NCBI GenBank assembly: GCA_963749495.1
Contig: CAVVMW010000004.1
Location: forward strand, 416,001 to 480,000
Direction of reading: 5' to 3'
Source of the DNA: an uncultured bacterium
Lineage (GTDB): Bacteria; Verrucomicrobiota; Verrucomicrobiia; Limisphaerales; UBA8199
DNA length: 64,000 nucleotides
Part shown: positions 54,072 to 64,000 of the stretch, piece after piece
Numbering within the stretch: position 1 is the first letter of the stretch
Layout of the letters: every line of letters begins with the position of its first letter
Position numbers and translations under genes: made by a program
Notes under the pieces: model-generated
The model's database searches: none
What the model was told of the DNA's origin: nothing
The model's input: the letters and a program-made list of their open reading frames with translations, nothing else

Positions 54072-54950
54072 ATGGCACATGTCCTCGGAGAATCAGGCAG
54101 ATACGTCAGCCAGGAATCGGTCCGGAAACGGCGGGCAATGCTGGGGTGGGTGATGCGTTTGATGGTCTTGGTCGGGCTAATCGGGGGCTTTTTGCTCCGG
54201 GGTCTGTTCCCAGGCCTGACCATTTGCTCCTGGGCAGGCATCCTCGCCAGCATCGTTGCGCTGATCCTCATGTGCGGCGTGGGCAATTGGGCTCTCAGGA
54301 GGGCGGAGGAGTTGGACAGAGAGCGGGTTGACTTCGCCAGCGGAGCGGACGGCGAGAACTCCGTGGCGGCCATCCTGGAGAGGTTCCCGGATGAATTCCG
54401 TGTCATCAATGACCTGACTACCCCATGCGGCAATCTGGATCACGTGGTTGTTGGGCCCACCGGTGTATTCTGCCTGGACACCAAGAACTGGCGAGGGGTG
54501 GTCTCTGCCGATGGAAGAGGGGAACTGCTCTGCAACGGAAAGCCCCTGGACAAACCCTGCGTGCGGCAGTTTGTTGGCCGGGTGATGGGAATAAAGGACA
54601 GAGTCAAAGCCCTTGCGCCTGGTCTCGACCCATATTTCAGGACCGTCTTCGTCTTCACCTCCGCCCGTGTTGATGCCAATTGGGGAACCACGGGCAACCT
54701 TCACTGCATCCGGGACAGCCAGCTTTTCAGCTACATCGTGGAGAGCCAGGTGGGCAAGAGACTGGCGAAGGAGGAGGTGAACAAAATTGCCCAGGCGTTC
54801 CTCGGCCTGGCGCACATGGACACGGACTTCACCGGCAAGACTGGGGGAAACGGCAGGCTGCGGATCTCGGCTATTGTGCAGAGGCCAGGCGATAGAGTGA
54901 ATCCTCCCCTGAACAGACTGAAGGCGAGCACAGGGCGGTTGCGGGGTTGA
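54072..54950 (+). CDS. NERD (nuclease-related domain) protein with two N-terminal TM helices
   Basis: GADGE, VINDL, NLDHVVVGPTGVFCLDTKNWRG. Confidence 0.88.
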   Translation: MAHVLGESGRYVSQESVRKRRAMLGWVMRLMVLVGLIGGFLLRGLFPGLTICSWAGILASIVALILMCGVGNWALRRAEELDRERVDFASGADGENSVAAILERFPDEFRVINDLTTPCGNLDHVVVGPTGVFCLDTKNWRGVVSADGRGELLCNGKPLDKPCVRQFVGRVMGIKDRVKALAPGLDPYFRTVFVFTSARVDANWGTTGNLHCIRDSQLFSYIVESQVGKRLAKEEVNKIAQAFLGLAHMDTDFTGKTGGNGRLRISAIVQRPGDRVNPPLNRLKASTGRLRG

Positions 54951-55141
54951 TGGAGGAGCAGATTGCCCCATTGAGGAATTGGGCGAAGGGGAGGGCCAGA
55001 TTAGCAACAACTGGTCGGGTTGAACGCAGGGAGAGGAAGAGCAACGAGGGAGGAAGGCGAGGAGAGCGGCAACTCACGCCGCCCAGGACATAGCCCGGGA
55101 GTTTCACACCTCACGGGCACAAAGGAGCATGGGTGGGCATC

Positions 55142-56581
55142 TCAGCCGGAAATCGGCACCACTGGGATATTGGCAAGTTGACCGTAGGCTTTAAACGTCC
55201 GCTCCAGGTTACCCAACACGAACAACTGGTGGAAACCCTTCACGTCGCGCGTGTCGGCCACGTTGTCCAACTCGATTTCCACCGCCGTGCGGCAACAGCC
55301 GGATGGCGGCTGGTCAATGTTGGAGACGACGCGACCGGTGCCGATCATGATGGACAGCGGGTGCACATTGGCCTGGAGAATCGTTAGTGGCTTGCCTACC
55401 GGCCACAATACCTGCGGCGCAACCCCGGTGCGGGTGTGATAGTTGCGAAGGAGGAAAGGCGCCCGGTAGGGCTGATCGAAACCTTCCAAGCGCAACGGCG
55501 AGGTGCAATGAGCGCCAATCAGCGTATTGTTGACGGTGTTGGGGGAGGGATCTTGCTGAAAACAGGGCCGCTCGAAGAGCAGGTGTGTCATGAGCATGCC
55601 GATCGTCGCGTTGCCATCCTGCTCGCAGGCGGCGACGATCCCTTCGTCCCGCAGCTTGGAATAGGCCATGCACACTGGGTTCTTCCAACCGAGGCAGTCA
55701 ATGGCGATTCCCTGGCAGCCTTCCCGTTCCATCAGCCGGCGACAGACGACGTAATTCTTGGCCGCCTCGAGTATGTCCGCAGCGTTCGGCTCAAGGATCT
55801 TGCGGGCCTGCTGGCTATAGGAACTGGCCAGCGAACGGACTTCTTCGGTGACGGCAACCTGGCTGAACTCCTCCGCGAATCGCGCTTTGGGGATCCAGTG
55901 AAACACGGTCCCCAGGCCCTCGATCACCTGGTCGCGGGTGGCAGTGCCCGCGACGAACAGAATGCGTGTGTTTTTGATCCGCCAGATCGCGCTGAGCAGG
56001 CTCGTGGCTGTGGTCAGCCAGCCGACATCCTGGGTCGCGCCGACATAGACGCGCGGTGTGCTGCGCCCAATTTGAAGCTGGGAGGTGAACCCGGTGAGGT
56101 TGCTATAGATGATGGTCGGAATGTCGCCTCGACGGGTGACGATCTCGTTAACCAGTCCCCACAGGGTAAGTTCCATCGCGCAGACCAGGAGGCCATCTGG
56201 CGGCGAGTTCTTGAACTGGACCAGGAACTCGCTGACCTCCTCTGGCTTCTCCAGCGGCTTGTCCCGCACCGCCAAGCGAACATCGAACCGCTTGGCGGCG
56301 TTCCGGAGGGTCTCAGTGAACAGAGCTTGCTGGGCTTTGACGTCGCAGTTGCCTCCGGGCCAGCTCACTACCGGGGTTTCCTCCGGACGGACGAACACCA
56401 CCTGGATGACCGGCTGGCCGGCAATTCTGGGCGCCTGGCCAAACAAACGAGCAGTGAAATCGAGCCATCCCATTTGTGCGGCGGCCGTCACGATGGTGGC
56501 GCGGGCCGTTCTATTCAGGAAACCACGCCGGCTGAAGGTTGCCGGACATCTTGTTGCGTCACACGTTGCACAAGTCTGCAT
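55142..56581 (-). CDS. Tat-exported L-fucose/L-arabinose isomerase-like protein
   Basis: SRRGFLN Tat motif; GIAIDCL, CMAYSKL.DEG..AACEQD, GAHCTSP, CRT, GFHQ. Confidence 0.7.
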   Translation of the reverse strand: MQTCATCDATRCPATFSRRGFLNRTARATIVTAAAQMGWLDFTARLFGQAPRIAGQPVIQVVFVRPEETPVVSWPGGNCDVKAQQALFTETLRNAAKRFDVRLAVRDKPLEKPEEVSEFLVQFKNSPPDGLLVCAMELTLWGLVNEIVTRRGDIPTIIYSNLTGFTSQLQIGRSTPRVYVGATQDVGWLTTATSLLSAIWRIKNTRILFVAGTATRDQVIEGLGTVFHWIPKARFAEEFSQVAVTEEVRSLASSYSQQARKILEPNAADILEAAKNYVVCRRLMEREGCQGIAIDCLGWKNPVCMAYSKLRDEGIVAACEQDGNATIGMLMTHLLFERPCFQQDPSPNTVNNTLIGAHCTSPLRLEGFDQPYRAPFLLRNYHTRTGVAPQVLWPVGKPLTILQANVHPLSIMIGTGRVVSNIDQPPSGCCRTAVEIELDNVADTRDVKGFHQLFVLGNLERTFKAYGQLANIPVVPISG

Positions 56582-56731
56582 AAGACGGATGCGGTTAAGC
56601 CTGCCGGTTGCGTTCCGCGCGGGCCGCTGAACTCTGGCAGCACACTATCAGAACCCGGCCCTTGAAGGCAATGCGCTTTTTGCCAAATTGCTTGCTGATC
56701 CGGGGAGTCGCGCTTATGTTGGGTCCGAAGC

Positions 56732-57001
56732 ATGAACGAGCGACTACCGCGATCCGATTCCAAGCTTTGCCCGGTTTGCGGCGCCAAGATTCCATTTTCG
56801 CTCGCGCTGCACATGGCCGCAGCCCATTCTCCCGAGGCCAAAAGGAGGAGCGCGCAGGCTGCCGATGAGGCCTTGCCGTATGGCCAGGGTGCGGCTCAGC
56901 AACAGTCGCGGTCAAAGTCTCCGTCAGGTTCGAAGAGGCGGGAACACCCCCGCGGGGCCAAGGCGGGATTCATGCGGAGGCAGGGAACCGGACGGCCTTG
57001 A
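56732..57001 (+). CDS. Small basic protein with C2H2-like zinc finger
   Basis: CPVCGAKIPFSLALHMAAAH. Confidence 0.4.
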   Translation: MNERLPRSDSKLCPVCGAKIPFSLALHMAAAHSPEAKRRSAQAADEALPYGQGAAQQQSRSKSPSGSKRREHPRGAKAGFMRRQGTGRP

Positions 57002-57126
57002 AGCCGTGGGCTCTTGGCCAGGCTCCTCGCCGTTGCCAGCCCGTAACTGTTCAGGCGCGCATCCACACACCTGGCTCGGCATCACAGGGGCCCCGCCAGT
57101 TTTCACCGGGTTTGAAGTCAGTTGTT

Positions 57127-57377
57127 GTCCCGGAGGGACAGCCCGACAGTAGCCCGGCGCTTTAGCGCCGGGGCAAGCAGTTTAGTCACGTCCGTCCCGA
57201 AGGGACGGCGGAATCGAGCCCCTGTCATCCCTCTGCTCCTGGTTGCACTGCGCTTTGAGCACTCATGAGCGCCACTCCCCTGGGTTGAGCTTCAAGCGTC
57301 CCTTCGGGACGCAGGTTCTTTGGGCGTCGTACCCGGCGCTGAAGCGCCGGGCTATTCTCAGGATGTCCCTCCGGGAC
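57127..57377. repeat. REP/REPIN-like family A palindrome
   Basis: GTCCCGGAGGGAC..TAGCCCGGCGC / GCGCCGGGCTA..GTCCCTCCGGGAC. Confidence 0.85.
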
Positions 57378-57488
57378 AGAGCTCAAAAGCCGTTCCCGTG
57401 TGGACGTTCATGTCAAACCGGTCCGGCACATGAACAGTTGCGCCAGCCCGGCCGGCAATTCCGCAAATCGCCAGGCGGCTCCTTGCTG

Positions 57489-57523
57489 AAAATGAAAATG
57501 GCGGAGGAACTGGCTCCTCCGCC
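57489..57523 (-). terminator. Rho-independent terminator of the RRM gene
   Basis: Minus strand GGCGGAGGA-loop-TCCTCCGCC followed by ATTTTCATTTT. Confidence 0.7.
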
Positions 57524-57549
57524 TGGTCAAACCATTTCAGATCGTCGAA

Positions 57550-57882
57550 TCAGTAACGATCTCGGCCGCCGCCACCCCCACGGCCACGACCGCCGTAACC
57601 GCCGCGCCCTCCACCACCACCTCCCGGGCGTTCTTCCTTGGGCCTCGCGATATTGACGGTGATGGCCCGGCCGGCAAGATCTTTGCCATTCAGCCCGTCA
57701 ATGGCTTTCTGCGCTTCCTCCGGCGTGCTCATGGTGACGAAACCGAACCCGCGAGGGCGGCCGGTGGCACGATCCATCATCAGGTTGGCTTCCACGACCG
57801 TGCCGAACGCCGCAAAGGCGTCCTGCAGATCATTTTCAGTGACGTTGAAGGAAAGATTTCCCACAAACAACTTTGCACTCAT
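57550..57882 (-). CDS. RRM RNA-binding protein with Gly-rich tail
   Basis: RNP2 LFVGNL, RNP1 RGFGFVTM, RGG/Gly tail. Confidence 0.95.
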   Translation of the reverse strand: MSAKLFVGNLSFNVTENDLQDAFAAFGTVVEANLMMDRATGRPRGFGFVTMSTPEEAQKAIDGLNGKDLAGRAITVNIARPKEERPGGGGGGRGGYGGRGRGGGGGRDRY

Positions 57883-58236
57883 CTGTTTTTTGTATTGTCC
57901 TGCATAGTTCTGCCCTCGCCATACTGTTCCCGCGGATCGGGTTTCAAATCATCACTGAACCGGGTTCAACTAACGATTTCCATGTACTGGAGCGCTAACC
58001 TGTCAGGGTCGCAGTAAGTGTGACCTGTTTCGCAGGAATTGCAAGCTTTATTCATCCGGTCACCCACCCCCGGGCGCAACCGGACACCGCCCCCAAATCC
58101 TGTTGCTTCCGCGCAGAGCGCGGCACTCGTCTGCCCCAAAGGGGCAGTATATATCAGCCCAGGGCAAGGCCCGCCGGAGCGCAGCGCAGGCGGGCCGCCG
58201 CCCTGGGTACCGCTCTCACAGCCAATTTCGCGTGCA

Positions 58237-61200
58237 TCAGGGCTTTACGATGGCCGGATAAGAACCCCCGACCCGAGCCCAAGGCACGGCTGGGGACAGG
58301 CCGGTTTTGGATTCCAAGATGAAGCCGGCGGAAATGGCGGGCCACAAACCGGTCGCGGAGTTGGTGCCCAGTTGGATGGACGGCGTCTGCCCCGGTGAGA
58401 CCATGGTCACGCCCGAATAGGCCAGCCGGAAGTATTTCTGGAATTGCAGGCCCGCCTTGGGCTCGGCGTGCTGGTAATAGCCGCCGAGGAGATAATAGGG
58501 GCCGGCGACCGGGTTCCAAGCCGGGGCGGGCAGGTTGTCCGCCGATTGCAGCGTGAAGCCCGCAAAGTTCGTGCTCCAATAGACCACCACCGCGCTCGCG
58601 TCCTCCCGGATGAAAAGTCCGAGCGGCTCTGTCACGACGGGCGTCGTGGACGGCGCGACCACAATCGAACCGGCAAAATCAATCGCGTCGCCGGGTGTCG
58701 TCGGCAGCAAGATGGGCGCACCATCACATTCCGCGTGATCCGGCGTCAGCGGAATCAACCACAGTCCGTTGGTTCCGAAAATCGTGCCGGCGCTGACGAG
58801 GGTGGAATCATCCGGCGACCAGAGCGCGCCGTGCGGAAAACCATTCGTCGTATCGGTGAAGCCGCTGATCTGGAGCAAGCCGCTGCCGTCGGGATGCACG
58901 AGCCAGAGATTTTTTCCCGCGTTCGCGTTGGTGTTGTTGCCGTCGGCGAAAACCAGATCGGCGCCGTCCGGCGACCACGCCGGCCAGGATGCTCCCGGCA
59001 CCGTGGAAACAATCCGCTGCCGTCCGCTGCCGTCGGCGTTGGCCATGTAAAGTCCGGCCAGCGCGCCATTCGGATTCAAATTGTGAAACGCCACGCGGCC
59101 ATCCGCCGGATTGCGCACCGGCGCTTCGTCAAAGCAGTCGGCGTTGAGCAACGCGCTCAAACTGCCGTTGGTGTTCAAGTCCCAGATGCCGCAGGCATAA
59201 TCCAGCAGCAGCGCAGTCTCATTGGTTTCCCAATCATAGCCGGTGATGTAATTGGAATTCGCGAACAGGCGGCTTTCCGTTCCCGACTGCAAATCCCGGA
59301 GCCAAACGTTGCCCTGGTTTCCAAACGGAGTTCCCTCGCGCAAAAACGCGAGCCAGCGGCCGTCCGCCGTGACGCGAGGGCGCGCGCCGGTGGTGACGTA
59401 AGTGTCGCCGCTGCCGTCGAGATTGATCGCCCAGATCGTGCCGAGGTCGGCCGCCGAGCGGCGGCCATAAAAGATCGTCCCGTCTTGCGAGAGGATGAGT
59501 TGATTCGTGCTGAAAACGGGCGGCGTGTTGGTGTTGGTTGGATCAATGACCACCGGCGTGCCGCTGCCACTAGTGGCCGGACTGGCCAGCGAGTAACGGG
59601 CGGTCTGGAGGCCGGAGCGGGTGCCAAAAATGTTGGTTCCATAAAACGCAATCGCCGCGTCGTTGGTGATGAAAAATGGCGCCGAGTAGGAATGCCACGA
59701 ATCCGCGCTGCCAGTGCGGCAACGAACGCCGGCATTGAAAGTCGCCGGGAATGAGAATGAAATGCGGAGCGGACTGCCATAGGACCCGGGCGGAGGTGAA
59801 ATCGTGACGGGAATCGTTTCCGCGGCGCGCGGCGCGCTGTAGCTGAAAAGTGAAATGGCCGGACTGTATTGATTGGCGAGGCCGAAAGCGGAGCCGGTGG
59901 GCGGCACGCCGAGATTGTTGGTGGAGATGTTGCCGAGGCCATTGGTTGAGCCGGCGTCGGCCTCGGTTGGCACCTGCACCGTGCCCGGAAGTCCGCCGAC
60001 GCCATCCGCCCAATCGGGCGAATTGAGCGACGCGATGAAGCCCGGCGAACGGTTCACGAACGGCTCCAGTTGAAACAACCAGACATTCGCCCGAGTATTG
60101 CCCGAACTGACGCCCGGCAGGTTGGAGGCGCTGATCTGGGTGAAACTGGTGCCGTCGAATTGCAGCACCTGCGCGTGAACCGAGGTGGCGCCGCCCGGCG
60201 GCGCATCCAGCAGCGCGAACAATCCGTTCGTCAGCGGCACGACGCCGACGAACCCATTGCCCGCCGCGCCGGCGCCGGTTTGATATTTTGCCGACAACGC
60301 CGGCGAGCCGCCCGGCAGCGTCAGTCCTTGCACGCCGTCGCCAAACTGGATGATCGCAGTGCCGTCGCTGGCACCGAGGTTGACGGTGAACACACCCTGC
60401 ACGGCTTCGCTTAACGCGACACTGAGCGACGGGCCGAAAGCGTACGCGCCGTTGGTTTGCAGGAGCGCAACGATGGTCAGATTGGACCCGCCGCGCTGAT
60501 AAAAAATGAAGCGCGGCAGCGCCTCGCCGTTGAAATTGCCAAACGCGTAGTCACTGCCCGGCGGGAGATTGCTGAACACCAGCATGACTGCCGGCGAGTT
60601 GGTGAACTGCCAGACGTGCAATTCGTCGTTCGTCGCGCCGCGCGCCAAGCCGACGGCGAAGGTGGCGGTGTTGGTGTCGAGATTCAGTTCGTTGAGCCGC
60701 TCGAACGAATTGCTTTCGGGGAGCAACCCGTAATACGTCGGCATGCCGAACCACTGCAAAAAGTCCAGTTGCTCGGCGGGCGCATCGTTGAGGGAACTTG
60801 CGATCAAAAGAAACGGCAGGCCGGGGGCGTTGGGCATCTGCGGCAACGCCAGGCCGGCCACGGCGTGCGGCCCGATGCCCCGCGGCGTCAGGGAATTCGG
60901 CGCTCCGGCGGAGTTGGTTTGCGAAAGATCGACGAGATTGACGTGGTTGGCGGCCGGCGCGGTGACGGCGATGGAATCATTCGTCGGCGCGAGAAAATGT
61001 TCGATCCCCAGCCCGGTGACATTTTCGAGGCCCGTGACGAGCGGCGCGGACCAGATCAATCCGCCGTTGCCGTCGGAGTAGCCGACGCGCGCCATTCCGG
61101 TGAGCTTGTCCAGCACGAGCACGTCGGGAATGCCGTCGCCGTTGAAATCGCCGGCGGAGAAAAATTCCGCCGGCGATTCATAGACGAACGCGGCCTGCGC

Positions 61201-61335
61201 GGAGAAATTCAAAGTGCCAAGCACCAAGCACCAGAGCAACGCCAGATTCCAAACACCAACCCCGCGGCAGAATTCCTTGAAGCTGGCCGCCTGGCGTTTC
61301 ATGGGAACTCGGAATTCGGAACTTGGAATTTTCAT
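58237..61335 (-). CDS. Large secreted protein: FG-GAP-like N-region, chitobiase-like domain, TolB/PD40 beta-propeller, C-terminal YFRL domain
   Basis: GDFNGDGIPD, ISPPPGSY, PAWSPDG, WSPDD, FTLQSADNL..W..QKYFRL. Confidence 0.85.
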   Translation of the reverse strand: MKIPSSEFRVPMKRQAASFKEFCRGVGVWNLALLWCLVLGTLNFSAQAAFVYESPAEFFSAGDFNGDGIPDVLVLDKLTGMARVGYSDGNGGLIWSAPLVTGLENVTGLGIEHFLAPTNDSIAVTAPAANHVNLVDLSQTNSAGAPNSLTPRGIGPHAVAGLALPQMPNAPGLPFLLIASSLNDAPAEQLDFLQWFGMPTYYGLLPESNSFERLNELNLDTNTATFAVGLARGATNDELHVWQFTNSPAVMLVFSNLPPGSDYAFGNFNGEALPRFIFYQRGGSNLTIVALLQTNGAYAFGPSLSVALSEAVQGVFTVNLGASDGTAIIQFGDGVQGLTLPGGSPALSAKYQTGAGAAGNGFVGVVPLTNGLFALLDAPPGGATSVHAQVLQFDGTSFTQISASNLPGVSSGNTRANVWLFQLEPFVNRSPGFIASLNSPDWADGVGGLPGTVQVPTEADAGSTNGLGNISTNNLGVPPTGSAFGLANQYSPAISLFSYSAPRAAETIPVTISPPPGSYGSPLRISFSFPATFNAGVRCRTGSADSWHSYSAPFFITNDAAIAFYGTNIFGTRSGLQTARYSLASPATSGSGTPVVIDPTNTNTPPVFSTNQLILSQDGTIFYGRRSAADLGTIWAINLDGSGDTYVTTGARPRVTADGRWLAFLREGTPFGNQGNVWLRDLQSGTESRLFANSNYITGYDWETNETALLLDYACGIWDLNTNGSLSALLNADCFDEAPVRNPADGRVAFHNLNPNGALAGLYMANADGSGRQRIVSTVPGASWPAWSPDGADLVFADGNNTNANAGKNLWLVHPDGSGLLQISGFTDTTNGFPHGALWSPDDSTLVSAGTIFGTNGLWLIPLTPDHAECDGAPILLPTTPGDAIDFAGSIVVAPSTTPVVTEPLGLFIREDASAVVVYWSTNFAGFTLQSADNLPAPAWNPVAGPYYLLGGYYQHAEPKAGLQFQKYFRLAYSGVTMVSPGQTPSIQLGTNSATGLWPAISAGFILESKTGLSPAVPWARVGGSYPAIVKP

Positions 61336-64000
61336 TCAGTTCGACGGAATGTCCACGGTGCCCGCGTCAATGACTTCCGCGACTTCGCGCTGGCCGTTCA
61401 TGCGGACAACGTAATAGTGGTAACGGGCGCCCAGGATCACCGGCTGCTGGTCGCGCACGAACATGGAATTCTGGAGGATATTCCCGCTCAATGGATCAAA
61501 CTCCATGCCAAACGCGATCAAGCGATCCGGGACAACCACCTTTGGCGAGAGGTGGGTGCCAAAGGGCGCCGGAGAATATTCCCAAGGGACGCTTTCGATC
61601 AACGGCGTCACCTGCGTGACGTTCCCGGAGACGCGCGGGAAAGCGGCGTTGGCAGCCTGCTGGCGATAGACCACGATCGGCAGCAGCGGATTGCCTTGGT
61701 GGGTGGGATCCGTCGTCGAGAGACGTTTGAACACCAAGGCCTGCGGGTCAATGATGAGCCCGAAAGGCAATGCGTAGGAGGCGAAATCGGTGGTATTCAC
61801 ATTGAAGCGCAGGTACTGCGAACCGAGTCCGTTGTAAATGCTGCTCAAGTCACCGATGCGGATGCCCACCGGATAGTGCGGATCGAGCGTCCGGTTGGGA
61901 TCCGCAGCAGCGCGGCAGACACCCGAGGGCTTAAAGAGGTGAGCGAAGCCGCCGGCACGTTTTCATCAAAGCCCTTCACCGGCGGCAACGACCGCGCCGG
62001 CCAGGGCACGGTTTGAATGGTGGGCGGCGGTTTCCAGGTGAACTTCCAATCTGCCGAGGCGTCACCCCAGTTGCCGTGGCTATCCTCGGCGGCGATGCAG
62101 ATGTCATACGGCACGTTGGGCAGCACGTTGGCCGTGATCGAGAATTGCGGGCCGGGGCCGAAGGTTGGACTGACCGGCGGCGTCAACTGCCATTCATCAT
62201 AAATGCTCGATAATCTGTGGTCGTTGAGGAGACCGTAAAACAACGGCCTCGGCTTGAAGGTGACGAAGGGCAACGGTTTGAACGCGTTCAACAAAATCAG
62301 TTTGGTGCTGAACAAGCCGCTGGGCTTGCCGCTGCCGGGCTGGTCGGCGCGGGTGATTCGGATTTGAAAACGATAAACGCCCGTCGTCGGACAAAACCAA
62401 GTCAACGCGACTTGCGGGTTGCTCGTGTCGCCAGCGGGGGCCGGCTCAGACAAGACGGGGCGCGGCGGTTTCGGCGGAACGACATCCTTGCAGCCAATCA
62501 AGGCCAGCGGACTGCCGTTGCCGTTCTCGTCCAGCGTTTGCACGAAATAACACAGCCGCGCCGCGCTCGGCGGCATCGCGTCGTCGGTGCGGACGATTTC
62601 ATTGCCCGGATTGTTGGTGTCGAACATCACGGCCGACTGCGCCAGGAGCGTCGGGTCGCCGCCGTTGACGCTCCGATAAAGCCGGTATTCGTGCGTGCGG
62701 GGCGTGAGCCGGAATCGCACGAGAATCGGCGCGATGGCGCCGCTGTTTCCGGCGCGGGCGACGTGCTGATCGCAATTGCCCTCGGCGGGCAAATTCACCG
62801 TGCAGCCGCGCACCTGCGGCAGCGGCCCGATGAGGCACGGACACAGATAAGCGGAATAAACTCCGTTGGTCTCCGGCGTCGCCACGCCGATGTCCGTCCA
62901 GAAAGTGGCGCCATCCATGTTCGTGCCGTACTGGATCATCATCGGTTGTCCGGCGCCGACATCGAACCGCATGTGCAACGTGCCGCTGGCGTCGGGGGTG
63001 GGATTGATTGCGGGCAGGCAGGCGCTTTGATTGAGGTTCACCGCCTGCACGAAAGGATCGCTCGAATTCAGCGCCGTGAACAGCAGTTCGCCGGAGTTGA
63101 ACACCGCCTCGGTGATCTGGTTGGTGGCGACGGGATTCGCCGTGAAGCACGATGCCGTGGCCGAGGTCACGCCGTAATAGGTGCCCACGGAGCAACTGGC
63201 CTGAAAGTTCAACGAGCTTCCCGGCCCCGGCGAGGCCGGCGCATAATCCACGGAAAGCGAATCCCCGTCGGGCGGAAAATACAGCGGCCCGAAGGTCTGC
63301 GCGCTGGTGGAGGCCGGATCGCCAATCACAATCAGCGCCCAGGCGATGCCCGCATCGCGCCGCGTCACGGTCACGCGATAATTCCAGTTGTTCGTGTCCG
63401 GGCCGTTTGGGTTCACGAGCGAATTGAAGTTTTGGAACACCACCACGGGCGTGCCGCAACTGCCGACGAGTTCCCCCGTGGTGGCCGGCGGCGCGGCGCG
63501 CTGACGCAACACCCCCGAGGCCGGCGGGCTGTTGGGCGAAAATAAAAGACCGCACGCCGTCTGGCTCACAGCGCGGACGGTGTACCAAAAATTGCTTGGC
63601 CCGGGCGTGCTTGGCGAGTCGGCGGCGGCATCCAGCACGGAGTTCAAGCTCGTGTTCGCGTTTTGCGCGACGACGGCGGCGAGATTGTTCGACGGCGTGG
63701 CGTCGTTGGTCAGGGCCATCGTGGGATTGGGCCAGCGATAAACCCAGTATTGCGTCACCACGTCGCTGACGTTGGTGTTCTGCAACCACGTCACGAGCAG
63801 GCGCGATTGATTGGTCGTGCCTGGCGCGATCGTGTTCTGCACCTGAAGTTTCGTCGGCGCGGACGGCGGATTCTTCCGGCACGCGATGGCCAGGCCGCCG
63901 GGCGAGACCAAACCGTCGCGGCCCAAAACATCCCGCGCGGTGATGAAATAATAAAACTGGTCGCCGTCGTTGAAGGGCGGCGCGAGATAGCCGGGCGGCG
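61336..64000 (-). CDS. Very large FN3/Ig-rich protein, 3' part only (starts beyond the window); frameshift near 61880
   Basis: YYFITARDVLGRDG, PPSAP, YWVYRW, FWYTVRAV, YRLYRS, YFVQTLDENGN. ORFs 61845..63926 and 61336..61869 overlap in different frames. Confidence 0.75.

Noticed and set aside
1..64000. tRNA/rRNA genes, including at the island ends
   Set aside because: No cloverleaf or rRNA-like sequence recognised by eye; tRNAscan-SE/Infernal were not run.

Overview
GC-rich bacterial chromosomal segment. Gene content suggests Verrucomicrobiota (Pedosphaera-like): a prepilin/H-X9-DG protein, secreted proteins ending in FYRL, many Tat-exported enzymes, and heptamer and REP-type intergenic repeats. 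The taxonomy is inference. About ten genes carry single-base frameshifts, which points to a long-read/MAG assembly. The backbone encodes a GH2-like hydrolase, mqnE, lpxA, hypBA, a TPR-glycosyltransferase, ferritin, a GH13 enzyme, a UROD-family protein, class II aldolase, a PPTase, an aldo-keto reductase, an RRM protein and several very large surface proteins. It also carries a REP-flanked HUH/Y1 (RAYT-like) transposase, an IS1634-like element sitting inside one of those REPs, and several palindromic repeat families. The main finding is a ~12 kb island (37.55-49.43 kb), less GC-rich by eye, with no integrase, bounded by ~390 bp direct repeats. It holds two modules I do not recognise as described systems. 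The first is a tightly coupled six-gene operon: pyrF-like, pyrE-like, SIR2-domain, degenerate PRTase, unknown, wHTH-like. The second is an NDT-like gene divergent from a TIM-barrel-like protein coupled to a trypsin-like protease::S1/P1 nuclease fusion. Both are candidate nucleotide-centred anti-phage/conflict systems.
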